Of a stretch of DNA of 64,000 bases, positions 21,760 through 31,626 are shown one piece after another. Position 1 is the stretch's first letter, and each line of letters opens with the position of its first letter. The notes under the pieces were generated by a model. It saw only the letters and a list, made by a program, of their open reading frames with translations. It was not told the DNA's origin and ran no database searches. Source of the DNA: an uncultured Actinomycetota bacterium (lineage in GTDB: Bacteria > Actinomycetota > UBA4738 > HRBIN12); contig CAVTEH010000009.1 in assembly GCA_963733635.1 (NCBI GenBank), positions 64,873 to 128,872 on the forward strand, read 5' to 3'. The translations under genes and the position numbers were made by a program.

Positions 21760-22557
21760 GTGAAACGGCTGCTCATCTCGCTCTGCGCTCTGTCCTTGGT
21801 GCTCGGGGCCTGTTCCTCCGACGACGAACCGCCCGGGTCCGGTGACGCGACGGAGCCAGCGGAGACCACCGAGCTTACCGTCTTCGCCGGCTCGTCCCTG
21901 ACCGACGTCTTCGAGAACGAGATCGGTCCGGCGTTCGAGGAAGCGAACACGGGCACGACCGTCGTCTTCAACTTCGGCGCCTCGGATTCGCTCGCGGGCC
22001 AGATCCAGAGCGAGGGGTCGGCCGACGTGTTCGCCAGCGCCAGCGACACGTGGATGGATGCGGTGGAGGAAGAGCCCGGCGTCAGCGACCGAACTGACTT
22101 CGTGAACAACGGGCTGGTCATCATCACACCGCCCGACAACCCGGCCGATATCGCCTCGATCGACGACCTCGCGACCCCGGGCATCCAGCTGGTGCTGGCC
22201 GCCGAGGGGGTGCCCGTGGGTGACTACGCCCGCGAATCGCTCGGCAACGCCGGCATCCTGAAGGAAGCCGAAGCCAACGTGGTTTCCAACGAGGAGGACA
22301 ACGCCAGCGTCGTGGCGAAGATCGTCGCGGGCGAGGCCGACGCCGCCATCGTGTACGAATCGGACGTCTCGTCGGCGGCCGGCAACGACGTGACCGCGGT
22401 CGAGATCCCCGAGGATGTGAACGTCATCGCCACATACCCGATCGCAGTGGTCACGGGAGCGCCCAACGCGGACCTGGCCGCCGACTTCGTGGCCTACGTT
22501 ACCGGCACGGACGGGCAGGCGGCCCTGACGGAGTACGGATTCGAAGCGCTCGCATGA
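21760..22557 (+). CDS. modA: Molybdate ABC transporter substrate-binding lipoprotein
   Basis: Lipobox LGAC; LTVFAGSSL, FNFGASDSLA.QI, ADVFASA, VPVGDYA, VYESD. Confidence 0.95.
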   Translation: MKRLLISLCALSLVLGACSSDDEPPGSGDATEPAETTELTVFAGSSLTDVFENEIGPAFEEANTGTTVVFNFGASDSLAGQIQSEGSADVFASASDTWMDAVEEEPGVSDRTDFVNNGLVIITPPDNPADIASIDDLATPGIQLVLAAEGVPVGDYARESLGNAGILKEAEANVVSNEEDNASVVAKIVAGEADAAIVYESDVSSAAGNDVTAVEIPEDVNVIATYPIAVVTGAPNADLAADFVAYVTGTDGQAALTEYGFEALA

Positions 22558-23354
22558 GGGCCGGCGACTCCATGCGGTCCCGGATCCCGCTCCCGCTGTG
22601 GATCCTGGCCGTCGTGGGCACGGTGTTCGTTGCCCTGCCCATGGTGGCGCTGCTCATCAGGGCACCTTGGGGGGACCTGAGCAATGCACTGAGCGGCGTC
22701 GGCGCGTCCTCCGCGCTTCGACTCTCGATCATCGTGTCGTTGGCATCGACCGCGCTCTCCATCGCGATGGGTGTCCCCATCGCCTGGGTGCTCGCGCGGT
22801 CGAGGTTCCCCGGGCGCTCCGTGCTGCGCGCGATCGTCGTGCTGCCCGTGGTGTTGCCGCCTGTCGTGGGCGGCATCGGGTTGCTCTCGGCGCTGGGTCG
22901 AGGCGGGGTCGTGGGTCGCTGGCTCTTCAACGGCCTGGGGATCCAGCTCACCTTCACCGTATGGGGTGCGATCGCAGCGACCACATTCGTGGCGATGCCG
23001 CTGATGGTGCTGGCCACGGAGTCGGGCCTGCGGTCTCTGGATCAGCGGTACGAAGGAGCGGCGGCGGCGTTGGGTGCGAGCCCCCGATACGCGATCCGCA
23101 GGATCGTGCTTCCGATGCTCGCCCCCCAGTTGGCGGCGGGCGCAGTGCTGGCATGGGCGCGTGCGCTGGGTGAGTTCGGAGCCACGATCACGTTCGCCGG
23201 CAACCTGGCGGGCCGGACCCAGACACTTCCGCTCGCGGTGTACGAAGCCCGGAACACCGACCCGGGCGGTGCGATCTTCCTCTCGCTGATCTTGGTCGTG
23301 CTGTCGGTCGGCGTGCTCGTTGCGATGGGTGGTCGCATCACGCAGGCACGCTGA
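22554..23354 (+). CDS. modB: Molybdate ABC transporter permease
   Basis: LPVVLPPVVGG, WARALGEFGATITFAGN, TQTLPLAVY. Confidence 0.95.
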   Translation: MRAGDSMRSRIPLPLWILAVVGTVFVALPMVALLIRAPWGDLSNALSGVGASSALRLSIIVSLASTALSIAMGVPIAWVLARSRFPGRSVLRAIVVLPVVLPPVVGGIGLLSALGRGGVVGRWLFNGLGIQLTFTVWGAIAATTFVAMPLMVLATESGLRSLDQRYEGAAAALGASPRYAIRRIVLPMLAPQLAAGAVLAWARALGEFGATITFAGNLAGRTQTLPLAVYEARNTDPGGAIFLSLILVVLSVGVLVAMGGRITQAR

Positions 23355-23373
23355 ACCCTGGCAGGATTCCCCT

Positions 23374-24474
23374 GTGAGCCTGCACGCTGACTTCACCGCC
23401 CGCCGTGGAACGTTCGAGGTCGTCATCGCCCTCGATGTTGCCGACGACGAGACCTTGGCCCTCCTGGGTCCCAACGGCGCCGGCAAGTCCACCGTCGTCG
23501 ACGCGCTGACCGGCACCCTGGAGATCACCCAGGGAACGATCGAGCTCGACGGGAAGCGGGTCGATGCCATGCCACCCGAGCTGCGTCCGATCGGCGTGTG
23601 CTTCCAAGACGATCTGCTGTTCCCGAAGCTCTCGGCGCTGGAGAACGTGGCCTTCCCGTTGCGGGCCCGGCACATGGCCAAGGACGCCGCTCGGACACGC
23701 GCCGTCGAGCTGCTCCAACGGCTCGCTCCCCAGGTCGATCCGAGAGCCGCCCCTGGCTCCCTGTCGGGCGGGCAGCGTCAACGGGTGGCGCTCGCCCGTG
23801 CGCTCGCGCCCGAACCGCGCCTGCTGCTGCTGGACGAGCCGTTCTCCAACGTGGATGTGTCCGCTCGGCCGGGCCTGCGTTCGCTGGTGGGAGAGGTGGC
23901 GAGGACCTTCGGCGGTGCAACGGTGCTGATCGCCCACGATCCCCTCGACGCGCTCACCCTGTCCGACCACGTCACGCTCATGGAAGACGGACGCCAGACG
24001 CAGACTGGAACGCCGGAGCAGATCCGTGCGACCCCGCGTTCGGCGTATGCGGCCGACCTGGTGGGAGTGAACCTGTTCGCGGGCGTGCTCGAACCGTTGC
24101 CGGACGGCGCAGCGACCCTGCACACCGAGAGCGGGGACATCACGGTGGCGCCGTCGGCGCCGGTGACCTCCGGCGCGCAGACGTTGGCCAGTCTGAGGCC
24201 CGTCGATGTCTCCCTCCATGCGCGGGAGCCCGAGGGGTCGGCACGGAACGCGTTCCAGGGCATGATCGGTGAGATCGCGCTGGACGGCGAACGCGCCAGG
24301 ATCAGGATCGCAACCCGGCCGCCACTGACCGCCGAGGTCACCGCGGGCTCGGTCGAGCGGCTGGGGTTGCGCCAGGGCGACCAGGTGTGGGCCAGCTTCA
24401 AGGCTGTGGAGGTGTCGTTGCAGGTCGAAGGGAGCGACGCTGCAGCCCCGGCAGCCGGTACCCTGGGCGGGTGA
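23374..24474 (+). CDS. modC: Molybdate ABC transporter ATPase with C-terminal TOBE
   Basis: GPNGAGKST, LSGGQRQR, LLLLDEP, SARN...ASFKAVEV. Confidence 0.92.
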   Translation: MSLHADFTARRGTFEVVIALDVADDETLALLGPNGAGKSTVVDALTGTLEITQGTIELDGKRVDAMPPELRPIGVCFQDDLLFPKLSALENVAFPLRARHMAKDAARTRAVELLQRLAPQVDPRAAPGSLSGGQRQRVALARALAPEPRLLLLDEPFSNVDVSARPGLRSLVGEVARTFGGATVLIAHDPLDALTLSDHVTLMEDGRQTQTGTPEQIRATPRSAYAADLVGVNLFAGVLEPLPDGAATLHTESGDITVAPSAPVTSGAQTLASLRPVDVSLHAREPEGSARNAFQGMIGEIALDGERARIRIATRPPLTAEVTAGSVERLGLRQGDQVWASFKAVEVSLQVEGSDAAAPAAGTLGG

Positions 24475-25130
24475 AGACGACCGAGCGGGAGTCGCTCGAG
24501 GCTCCCGAGCCCGGGACCTCGCCTCCCACACCCCACAAACACAAGAACCCGATCCTGCAGTTCCTGGGAGAGCTGCCGGGACTGATCATCATGGCCTTCG
24601 TCCTGGCGCTGCTGATCAAGACGTTCCTGGTGCAGGCGTTCTTCATCCCGTCGGGATCCATGGAGCCCACACTGCGGCCGGGAGATCGCGTGCTGGTCCT
24701 GAAGGTGCCCTACTACTTCCACGAGCCTCGGCGCGGCGACATCATCGTGTTCGAGGATCCCGATCCGGGGGCGGAGGCCGAGCGAGGCGTGGTGGGAGGC
24801 TTCTTCCACTGGATGTTCCAGGGATTGGGTGTGCAGCAGCCGGACAACGAGGACTTCATCAAGCGGGTGATCGGGCTGCCGGGCGATGTCGTCTCGGCGA
24901 AGAGCGGCACGGTGATCGTCAACGGCGAGAAGCTCAAGGAGCCTTACCTCACGCAATCGACCGCGGACTTCGAGAAGATGAGCGTGCCCGATGGCCAGCT
25001 GTTCGTCATGGGTGACAACCGCCCCAACTCACTGGACTCACGGTTCGGGCTTGGCTTCATCCCCATGGACAAGGTGATCGGCAAGGCAGAGCTCATCATC
25101 TGGCCGCCGGGCGACCTCGGGACCCTGTAG
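24471..25130 (+). CDS. lepB: Signal peptidase I
   Basis: FFIPSGSMEPTL, RGDIIVF, FIKRVIGLPGD, VMGDNRPNSLDSR. Confidence 0.95.
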   Translation: MKTTERESLEAPEPGTSPPTPHKHKNPILQFLGELPGLIIMAFVLALLIKTFLVQAFFIPSGSMEPTLRPGDRVLVLKVPYYFHEPRRGDIIVFEDPDPGAEAERGVVGGFFHWMFQGLGVQQPDNEDFIKRVIGLPGDVVSAKSGTVIVNGEKLKEPYLTQSTADFEKMSVPDGQLFVMGDNRPNSLDSRFGLGFIPMDKVIGKAELIIWPPGDLGTL

Positions 25131-25157
25131 GGCGGGGTCTAGTCTGGCTCAGACTAC
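25127..25157 (+). repeat. GTAG-led REP-like element (family B core TAGTCTG-N3-CAGACTA)
   Basis: Shares its palindromic core with 46052-46076; lies between convergent genes. Confidence 0.4.
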
Positions 25158-27544
25158 TTGCGTGGGACCGCACGGTTCCGTGGTCCCACCGGTTGTTCCC
25201 CGGGCACGAACAGCCGCGCGAACGACCACACGATCGCCGCGATGCCGAAACCGGCGAGCCATACCACCAAGGGCGGGTCGTCCAGCGCGAAGAACGCCTG
25301 GCTCGGTCCCCATGTCAGCGCGATCACGAACAACCCGGCCATGGACCAGATCAACATGAGACGCGCGCGCGTGAGGGGGGCCGCGATGATCGTGAGCACC
25401 AGGAACCCGATCCACGTCAGGACCATGACGGCGGTGGTCTGCGCTTGCTCGAGCGTGACACCGGGTTCGTTGATCGCGAGCCGGTACGCGAGCAACGTCG
25501 CGATGGCTGCCAGCGTGCCGGTCGGGATCGCGAACCGGAGCACACGGTTCACGAAGCCCGGCCGGAACCGTTCGGTGTTCGGTGCCAGGGCCAGGAAGAA
25601 CGAGGGGATGCCGATCGTGAGTGCTCCGATCAGCGTGAGGTGACGCGGCAGGAACGGGAACACGAAGCCGGCCACCCCGGTCGCCAGTGAGATCAGCATC
25701 GCGTACACGGTCTTGTTGAGGTACAAGCCGCTCGTGCGTTCGATGTTGCCGAGCACGCGTCGCCCCTCTGCCACGACCGGCGGCAACGCGTCGAAGTTGG
25801 AATCCAGCAGCACGAGTTGCGCGACCCCCCGCGTCGCATCGCTGCCCGAGCCCATCGCGACGCCGATGTCGGCATCCTTCAGGGCGAGCGCGTCGTTCAC
25901 ACCGTCGCCAGTCATCGCGACCGTGTGGCCGTGGGACTGGAGGGCCTGCACCATCGCTCGCTTCTGCTGAGGCGTAACACGACCGAACACGCCGTGTGTC
26001 TCGAGCATCCCTGCGAGCTCGTCCGCGTCGTCGGTGTCCAACTCCCGAGCGTCGACCGGCTCGTCGGCGTCGGGAAGGCCGAGCTCGCGGGCGATGGCAC
26101 CCACGGTCCGCGGGTCGTCGCCCGAGATGACCTTGACCGTCACGTCCTGCTCACGGAAGTAGCGAAGCGTGTCGGCTGCGTCGGGGCGAGGGCGGTCGGC
26201 GAGGATCACCAGCGCGGCCGGCTGCAGATCGGTCGGGAGCCCGTCGCCGTTGAGCGCGGTGCCCCGAGCCAGCAGGACGACACGCTTGCCTCGGTTCGAG
26301 AGCTCGTTCACGCGGGTGCTCAGATCGTTGTCACCGGCGAACGAACCGAGCACCACATCCGGCGCCCCCAGCACCCAGGCGCCGTCCTCGCCGAAATCGG
26401 CGCCGCTCCACTTGCGAGCGCTGGAGAACGGCACGGTGGAACGGGCCTCCCACGAAGGAGGCGAGTCGTATCGGTCCTCGATGGCCAGCGTAGTGGCGTT
26501 GGGCGAAGGGTCGGCGGCGGCCAACGCGGCGAGCGCGGTCTCCGCCGCTTCCGGGTCTGCTCCGGATGCGGGTTCCACGGCTTCAACCGAGAGCTTGCCC
26601 TGGGTGAGGGTCCCGGTCTTGTCGATGCACAGGACGTCGACGCGGGCAAGTCCTTCGACCGCCGGAAGTTCCTGCACCAGGACCCGTTGGTGGGCCAGCC
26701 GCACCACGGCAACGGCGAACGCGAGCGAGGTGAGCAACACGAGCCCCTCGGGCACCATCGCGACCGTGCCGGCCACAGCGCCGGAAACTGCCTCCCGCCA
26801 ATCGCCGTCGTTGACACGGATCTGCGAGATGAACAGCAACGCCGCGGTGGGCACGATGGCGAAGGTGACGTAAGTGAGGATGCGGTCGATGCCGCCGCGC
26901 AGCTCGGACTTCGTGAGCGTGAACCGGCGCGCGTCCTGCGCGAGCTGCACGGCGTAGGCCTCCTTGCCCACCTTGCTCGCCCGGTAGCGTCCGTATCCTG
27001 CTGCCACGAACGACCCGCTCATGACCTCGTCGCCTTGGACCTTCTCGACCGGATCCGATTCGCCGGTCAGGAGGGACTCGTCGACCTCCATGCCGTCCTC
27101 GTCGACCACGACACCGTCGACCACGATCTCGGCGCCCGCGGGCGCTTCGAGCACATCGTCGAGCACGACGTCGCCGACGGCCAACTCGAGCTGGGCGCCA
27201 TCGCGGATCACCCGTGCCTTCGGCGCCGTCAGCACGGTCAGCCGATCGAGGGTCCTCTTGGCCCGCAGCTCCTGCACGATGCCGATGGCCGCGTTCGCGA
27301 CGAGCACGAAGCCGAAGAGCGCATCCCGGAACTCGCTCGTCACCAAGATGATGGCCAGCATCGCGCCGAGGATCGCGTTGAAGCGCGTGAAGATGTTGGA
27401 GCGCACGATCTGCGCGACCGTCCGCGTCGGTGCCTCGGGGACGTCGTTGACGTCGCCGCGGGCAACCCGATCGGCAACCTGGGCCGCGGTGAGACCCCGT
27501 TCCGGGTCGACCTGAGATTCCTGGGTGATCGTCGTGCCGGCCAT
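25154..27544 (-). CDS. Cation-transporting P-type ATPase (CtpE-like)
   Basis: DESLLTGES, PEGL, DKTGTLT, VISGD, MTGDGVNDA. Confidence 0.93.
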   Translation of the reverse strand: MAGTTITQESQVDPERGLTAAQVADRVARGDVNDVPEAPTRTVAQIVRSNIFTRFNAILGAMLAIILVTSEFRDALFGFVLVANAAIGIVQELRAKRTLDRLTVLTAPKARVIRDGAQLELAVGDVVLDDVLEAPAGAEIVVDGVVVDEDGMEVDESLLTGESDPVEKVQGDEVMSGSFVAAGYGRYRASKVGKEAYAVQLAQDARRFTLTKSELRGGIDRILTYVTFAIVPTAALLFISQIRVNDGDWREAVSGAVAGTVAMVPEGLVLLTSLAFAVAVVRLAHQRVLVQELPAVEGLARVDVLCIDKTGTLTQGKLSVEAVEPASGADPEAAETALAALAAADPSPNATTLAIEDRYDSPPSWEARSTVPFSSARKWSGADFGEDGAWVLGAPDVVLGSFAGDNDLSTRVNELSNRGKRVVLLARGTALNGDGLPTDLQPAALVILADRPRPDAADTLRYFREQDVTVKVISGDDPRTVGAIARELGLPDADEPVDARELDTDDADELAGMLETHGVFGRVTPQQKRAMVQALQSHGHTVAMTGDGVNDALALKDADIGVAMGSGSDATRGVAQLVLLDSNFDALPPVVAEGRRVLGNIERTSGLYLNKTVYAMLISLATGVAGFVFPFLPRHLTLIGALTIGIPSFFLALAPNTERFRPGFVNRVLRFAIPTGTLAAIATLLAYRLAINEPGVTLEQAQTTAVMVLTWIGFLVLTIIAAPLTRARLMLIWSMAGLFVIALTWGPSQAFFALDDPPLVVWLAGFGIAAIVWSFARLFVPGEQPVGPRNRAVPRK

Positions 27545-27576
27545 GTCCGTCGAGGGTAGCGGGCTAGGCTTGAAGC

Positions 27577-27993
27577 ATGCGAGGGTTCCTGATCGCGCTC
27601 GGCATCGCCGCGGTCAGCTGGGTGATAGCGATCTGCGCCCTGTGGGTCTTCGGTCGGAAGTTCGCCGCCGTGCAGCTCGCCAGGGCGATCCCCGATCTAC
27701 TCGCGCTCTGCCGCGGACTGATGGCCGACCCTCGCGTGCCGCTCGGCTCGAAGGTGCTGCTCGGCGGCGCGATCGTGTGGGTGCTCTCCCCGATCGACCT
27801 GGTGCCCGAGTTCATCCCGGTGCTCGGGCCCCTGGACGACGTGATCGTCGTTGGGTTGGTGCTACGTCACCTCGTGAAACGTGCCGGGATCGACGTCGTT
27901 CAGGAACACTGGCGAGGCGATCCCAGGGTGTTGCACACGGCACTGAGGGTCGCCGGCCTGCGAACGCCGGAGGCTCCACCGTTCACAAGGTGA
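27577..27993 (+). CDS. YkvA/DUF1232-family membrane protein
   Basis: DPRVP..K...VLSPIDLVPEFIPVLGPLDD. Confidence 0.9.
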   Translation: MRGFLIALGIAAVSWVIAICALWVFGRKFAAVQLARAIPDLLALCRGLMADPRVPLGSKVLLGGAIVWVLSPIDLVPEFIPVLGPLDDVIVVGLVLRHLVKRAGIDVVQEHWRGDPRVLHTALRVAGLRTPEAPPFTR

Positions 27994-27998
27994 CGTAG

Positions 27999-29042
27999 TC
28001 ACATGCTCACCAGGATCCCATCGTGACCCCAGCTCGGCTGACCGTGGAAGACGTCCGTGAGGAGCGTTCGAACCTTTCCCGACTTCACGTGGATCACTTG
28101 AAGGTGGCCGTCCTCTTGGACGATGATCCAGCGCCCGTCCGGAGACCAGCTCGGGCTCAGCCTCCAGTGGTCGTTCTCCAGTTCCTCGAGTTGATGTTGC
28201 CCCGAACCGTCAGGCCGTATGGCCAGCAGCCCGGCCGGGTACTGCCCGATGAACTCCCGAGGTGCGAACCGGCTGAAGGCGATCCACCGTCCATCCGGGG
28301 ACCACGCGGGATCGCCACCGAATGGGAGGTAGCGAAGACGGAGCTGAGTAAGAGCGCCACCGGGAACCGATGCCAGCCATATCTGCGAGTAGTCGCCAGG
28401 CCCGTCCCAGGACTGGAAATTGGAGCCGCTCTGGAAGGCCACACGCGACCCGTCCGGAGACCAGTCGGGGTCCGCGTCGAGCTCGTGGGTTCCGGCGAGC
28501 CTTCGGATGTGGCCTCCGCGGGCGTTCATCACGAAGATGTCCGTGTCCATGTGATGACCCTCTCCTGGCCGAGTGCCGGCGAACGCGATCTGGGTCCCGT
28601 CGGGCGACCAGGTTGGGTCGGAAGCCCCTCGCCTCATGTTCGTCAGTTTCCGCGTCGCGCCATCCGAATCCATCACGAAGATCTGGGACGGGTCCCCAGG
28701 AGCACGGCTCTCGTAGACCACCCGTCTGCCGTCCGGTGAGAGCTCGGCGTTCGTCTGGGAGCCCCGAGCGGACAGGAACGCGGTCGCGTCCCCGGTCTTA
28801 GGGTTCACCACGTAGATGTCTCGGCCATCGGTCAGTTCAGGCTTCGACGGTTCTTGGGTGGGCGACGGCTGGTCGACCGAGGCGACTACGGACCCGCGGG
28901 CCGCGGGGGGAGGGTCCGGAGGCGAGACGCACCCGGAAGCGAACGCCAACAGAAGAACGACGCAGGCAGCGTGGTGAGCGCGAACGGTCCTGGCTCCCGC
29001 CCCCTGGACGAACTGCGAGGCGTTCCTACGTGTGGTGGGCAT
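27999..29042 (-). CDS. TolB-like PD40 beta-propeller lipoprotein (paralog 1)
   Basis: Lipobox AFASGC; repeated P.WSPDG..IAF motifs. Confidence 0.88.
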   Translation of the reverse strand: MPTTRRNASQFVQGAGARTVRAHHAACVVLLLAFASGCVSPPDPPPAARGSVVASVDQPSPTQEPSKPELTDGRDIYVVNPKTGDATAFLSARGSQTNAELSPDGRRVVYESRAPGDPSQIFVMDSDGATRKLTNMRRGASDPTWSPDGTQIAFAGTRPGEGHHMDTDIFVMNARGGHIRRLAGTHELDADPDWSPDGSRVAFQSGSNFQSWDGPGDYSQIWLASVPGGALTQLRLRYLPFGGDPAWSPDGRWIAFSRFAPREFIGQYPAGLLAIRPDGSGQHQLEELENDHWRLSPSWSPDGRWIIVQEDGHLQVIHVKSGKVRTLLTDVFHGQPSWGHDGILVSM

Positions 29043-29120
29043 GTGTCGATCCCCTTCGGCATGGGTGTCCTTCTTGGGAGATCCTCACCGGTGTGCCCAA
29101 ACGATTCCTGAACCGCGTCA

Positions 29121-29137
29121 TCAAGGATCCTTCAAGC
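29121..29137 (-). promoter_or_regulatory. TCAAG-N6-TCAAG direct-repeat box 1
   Basis: TCAAGG-ATCCT-TCAAGC, 79 bp upstream of the TolB-1 start. Confidence 0.75.
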
Positions 29138-29228
29138 CCTGACCTGGACGCTCGAGGCACGGACCTGCGCAGCCTCGCGGGGTGGTCCGAGCCACGAAGT
29201 AGCCACGCTTTGCTCGGGCGCTGCCCTG

Positions 29229-29719
29229 CTACAGGCCCACGTAATGGCCACGGTTCGGTGCGACGTCCCACGGACCTGCGCAGCACGCTATGGTCCTGAA
29301 TCGCACGACCTTGTGGATGTCGAACCACCTGCGCGGAAGACTGCACGCGATGCTCCGCTCGTTCGGTCGCCGCGCGTTCTGCCTGCCGATGACACGCTCG
29401 TCGCTCCTCGTCACGCGGCATCGGAACCCGTGGTCCGGGCCCCCGTTCGTGAAGAAGACCAACCGATCCGCCGCCCGCGTGCCATGAGTGTCCATGGACA
29501 CGACCTCGAAGGACGGCGAGTCACCATAGGAGTCCCATGTCCCGATCCACAGGACGACGCGGTTGCGGTTGATGCGAGTCACGACCGTCCGAATGTCGCG
29601 ATCGCCAGACCCGTCCTGCCCGTCGCGGCGCACTGCCAGGGTCGCGAGCCGAAGCGGTCTCCGCGAGCATCCCCCCGATCATTCCTACCGTCAAGCAGCA
29701 CGATCGAGGATCGCCGCAC
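29229..29719 (-). CDS. Secreted Cys-containing hypothetical protein (frameshifts in signal region)
   Basis: Signal-like MRRSSIVLL..; C-terminus IACSLPRRWF...DVAPNRGHYVGL. Confidence 0.6.
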
Positions 29720-29796
29720 GACTGCCCCCTTCGTTGTCATCCCCTTCTTCACCCGCTCTCTCCCTTCAATGCGGCCCGCCGCACGCGCGTAGGCGG

Positions 29797-30865
29797 TCAT
29801 CCGACGCTCGCTCGGGAGAGACTCACGAGGATCCCGTCCGGGCTCCAGCTCGGCTCGGCGTCCTCGGCGTTCCACAGCAGCGTTCGGTAGCGATCCGTCC
29901 GCACGTCGACGATGCCAAGGCGCCCGGGGGCTCCAAGGCCGTCCACGAAGACGACCGAGCGACCGTTGGGAGACCAGCTCGGGCCGTACCTCCACTGTCT
30001 GACCCACCGGCGCCCCTCGAGCGGATGCTCTTCAGTGCCGTCTGCTCGGACGAGCCACGTCCCTGCCCACGGCCATGAGCTACCGGTGGACCCCGGCGAG
30101 AACTCCGTGTAGGCGATCCACTGGCCATCCGGAGACCATGTGGGGTACGGGCCGCCCCCATACTTCAGGTCGAGCTCGACGAGGGGCCCGTCTGGGATCG
30201 ACGCGACCGCGACCCGGCCATGGCTCCGGCCCGGGATGGCACGGCCGCTCTGGAAGACGATGCGTGCGCCGTCCGGAGACCAGTCCGGGATGACCGTCGT
30301 GTCTCGCGGTCGAGGCGAGCCGTCGGATGCGACCGCCGCGAACGTCGATCACGAAGATGTCCGCGTCGGACGGTCCACCCTTGCCACCTGGGCGCGTACC
30401 GACGAACGCGATCCGGGTCCCGTCGGGCGACCACGTGGGAGCTGAGGCAGGGCGCTTCATATGCGTCAGCTGCCGCGCCGTCCCGTCGGCCTTCAGCAGG
30501 AAGATCTGGGACGGCACTCCGGGAGCGCCGCTCTGTAAGACGACCTGCTTTCCGTTCGGTGAGAACTCGGCGTTCGTCTGGGACCCACGGCCAGCCACGA
30601 GCAGGGTCAGTCGTCCCGTCCGGGGCTCCATCAGGTAGATGTCCGATCCCTTCTTGGTCTCATCACTTCCCGTGGATGACAGCGTGGTCGACGAAGCGTC
30701 GACGGGGGACTCGGCGGAGCCGCTCTTCTCGGGAAGCGAGTCTTGAGAAGGTCTGCACGAGGCCACAAGCACCGCTCCGATGAGCACGCGCGAGAACGTT
30801 GAGCGGACAGTCCTGGCTCCCGCCCTCTGCACCAGCAACGAGGCGGTCCTGCGTGTGTTGGGCAT
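29797..30865 (-). CDS. TolB-like PD40 beta-propeller lipoprotein (paralog 2, frameshift near 30290)
   Basis: Lipobox LVASC; GSQTNAEFSPNG, PTWSPDG, PSWSPNG, PSWSPDGILVS. Confidence 0.85.
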
Positions 30866-30894
30866 GTGCCGACCCCCATGTGGTAAGGCGGCGG

Positions 30895-30924
30895 TGGGCT
30901 CCGGGAACCGCGTCCCGGAGCCCA
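30895..30924 (-). terminator. Conserved hairpin 3' of dirigent-like gene 1
   Basis: TGGGCTCCGGGA-ACCGCG-TCCCGGAGCCCA. Confidence 0.65.
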
Positions 30925-30932
30925 GCCGCCCG

Positions 30933-31427
30933 TTACGGGATCAGGTGGAGGGTGTAGGCGTCCTCCGTGCGCGTGGCGTGTCCGCGAACGTTCACGTAGG
31001 CCCCGGTGCCGCCGGTGACCGCCCAGTTGCGGGTGCCGGGGCCGAACAGCTGATACCCCGTAGTCACCACCGTCCCGCGCTGGGTGTTCGGGCCGGCCTT
31101 GAGCTTGTGGACGAAGGTGCAGATCTCACTGGTGGCACCCTCCGGTCCGTGGGATGGGCCAAGGCAGGTCTCGTTCATATGCCCGACTTTGTTGCCGTCC
31201 ACGTCGAAGAGCGGCCACTTGCCCAACAGGATCTGCCCTCCTCGGCGCCCGTCGTGCTCGCGCAGCTCGTAGAACCGAAAGACAGCGGGCTTGTGGAAGA
31301 CGTCGAATTCCAGCTTGACCTCCTCAGGTTGGGTGATGCCACCCCCTCCCCCGAACGAGACGCCGACGAGCGCTCCCGACATCAGGAGCGAGGCCGCGAT
31401 CGCCCCGACGATCAGCTTCCTCGTCAT
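30933..31427 (-). CDS. Secreted dirigent/allene-oxide-cyclase-like beta-barrel protein (paralog 1)
   Basis: Signal peptide; LFDVDGNKVG..C..C; WAVTGGTGAYVNVRG is the dirigent/AOC-fold GGTG motif. Confidence 0.7.
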   Translation of the reverse strand: MTRKLIVGAIAASLLMSGALVGVSFGGGGGITQPEEVKLEFDVFHKPAVFRFYELREHDGRRGGQILLGKWPLFDVDGNKVGHMNETCLGPSHGPEGATSEICTFVHKLKAGPNTQRGTVVTTGYQLFGPGTRNWAVTGGTGAYVNVRGHATRTEDAYTLHLIP

Positions 31428-31514
31428 GTGCTGCTCCTTCCTCTCGGCCAGCTACCTCCGCCTACCTGAACGAGATCGTCGCCGGTGGGCCCAAGCGGTT
31501 CCTGAATCGCGTTA

Positions 31515-31531
31515 TCAAGGATCTGTCAAGC
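31515..31531 (-). promoter_or_regulatory. TCAAG-N6-TCAAG direct-repeat box 2
   Basis: TCAAGG-ATCTG-TCAAGC; flanks nearly identical to box 1. Confidence 0.75.
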
Positions 31532-31626
31532 CCTGAGTTGGAGGCTGCCGGTGTGTTGACTCCGGTGCGCCCCGGGACGGATCGGCTCTCTGGCGCTCTT
31601 GAGGGCGAAGTTCGATACTCGGTCGG

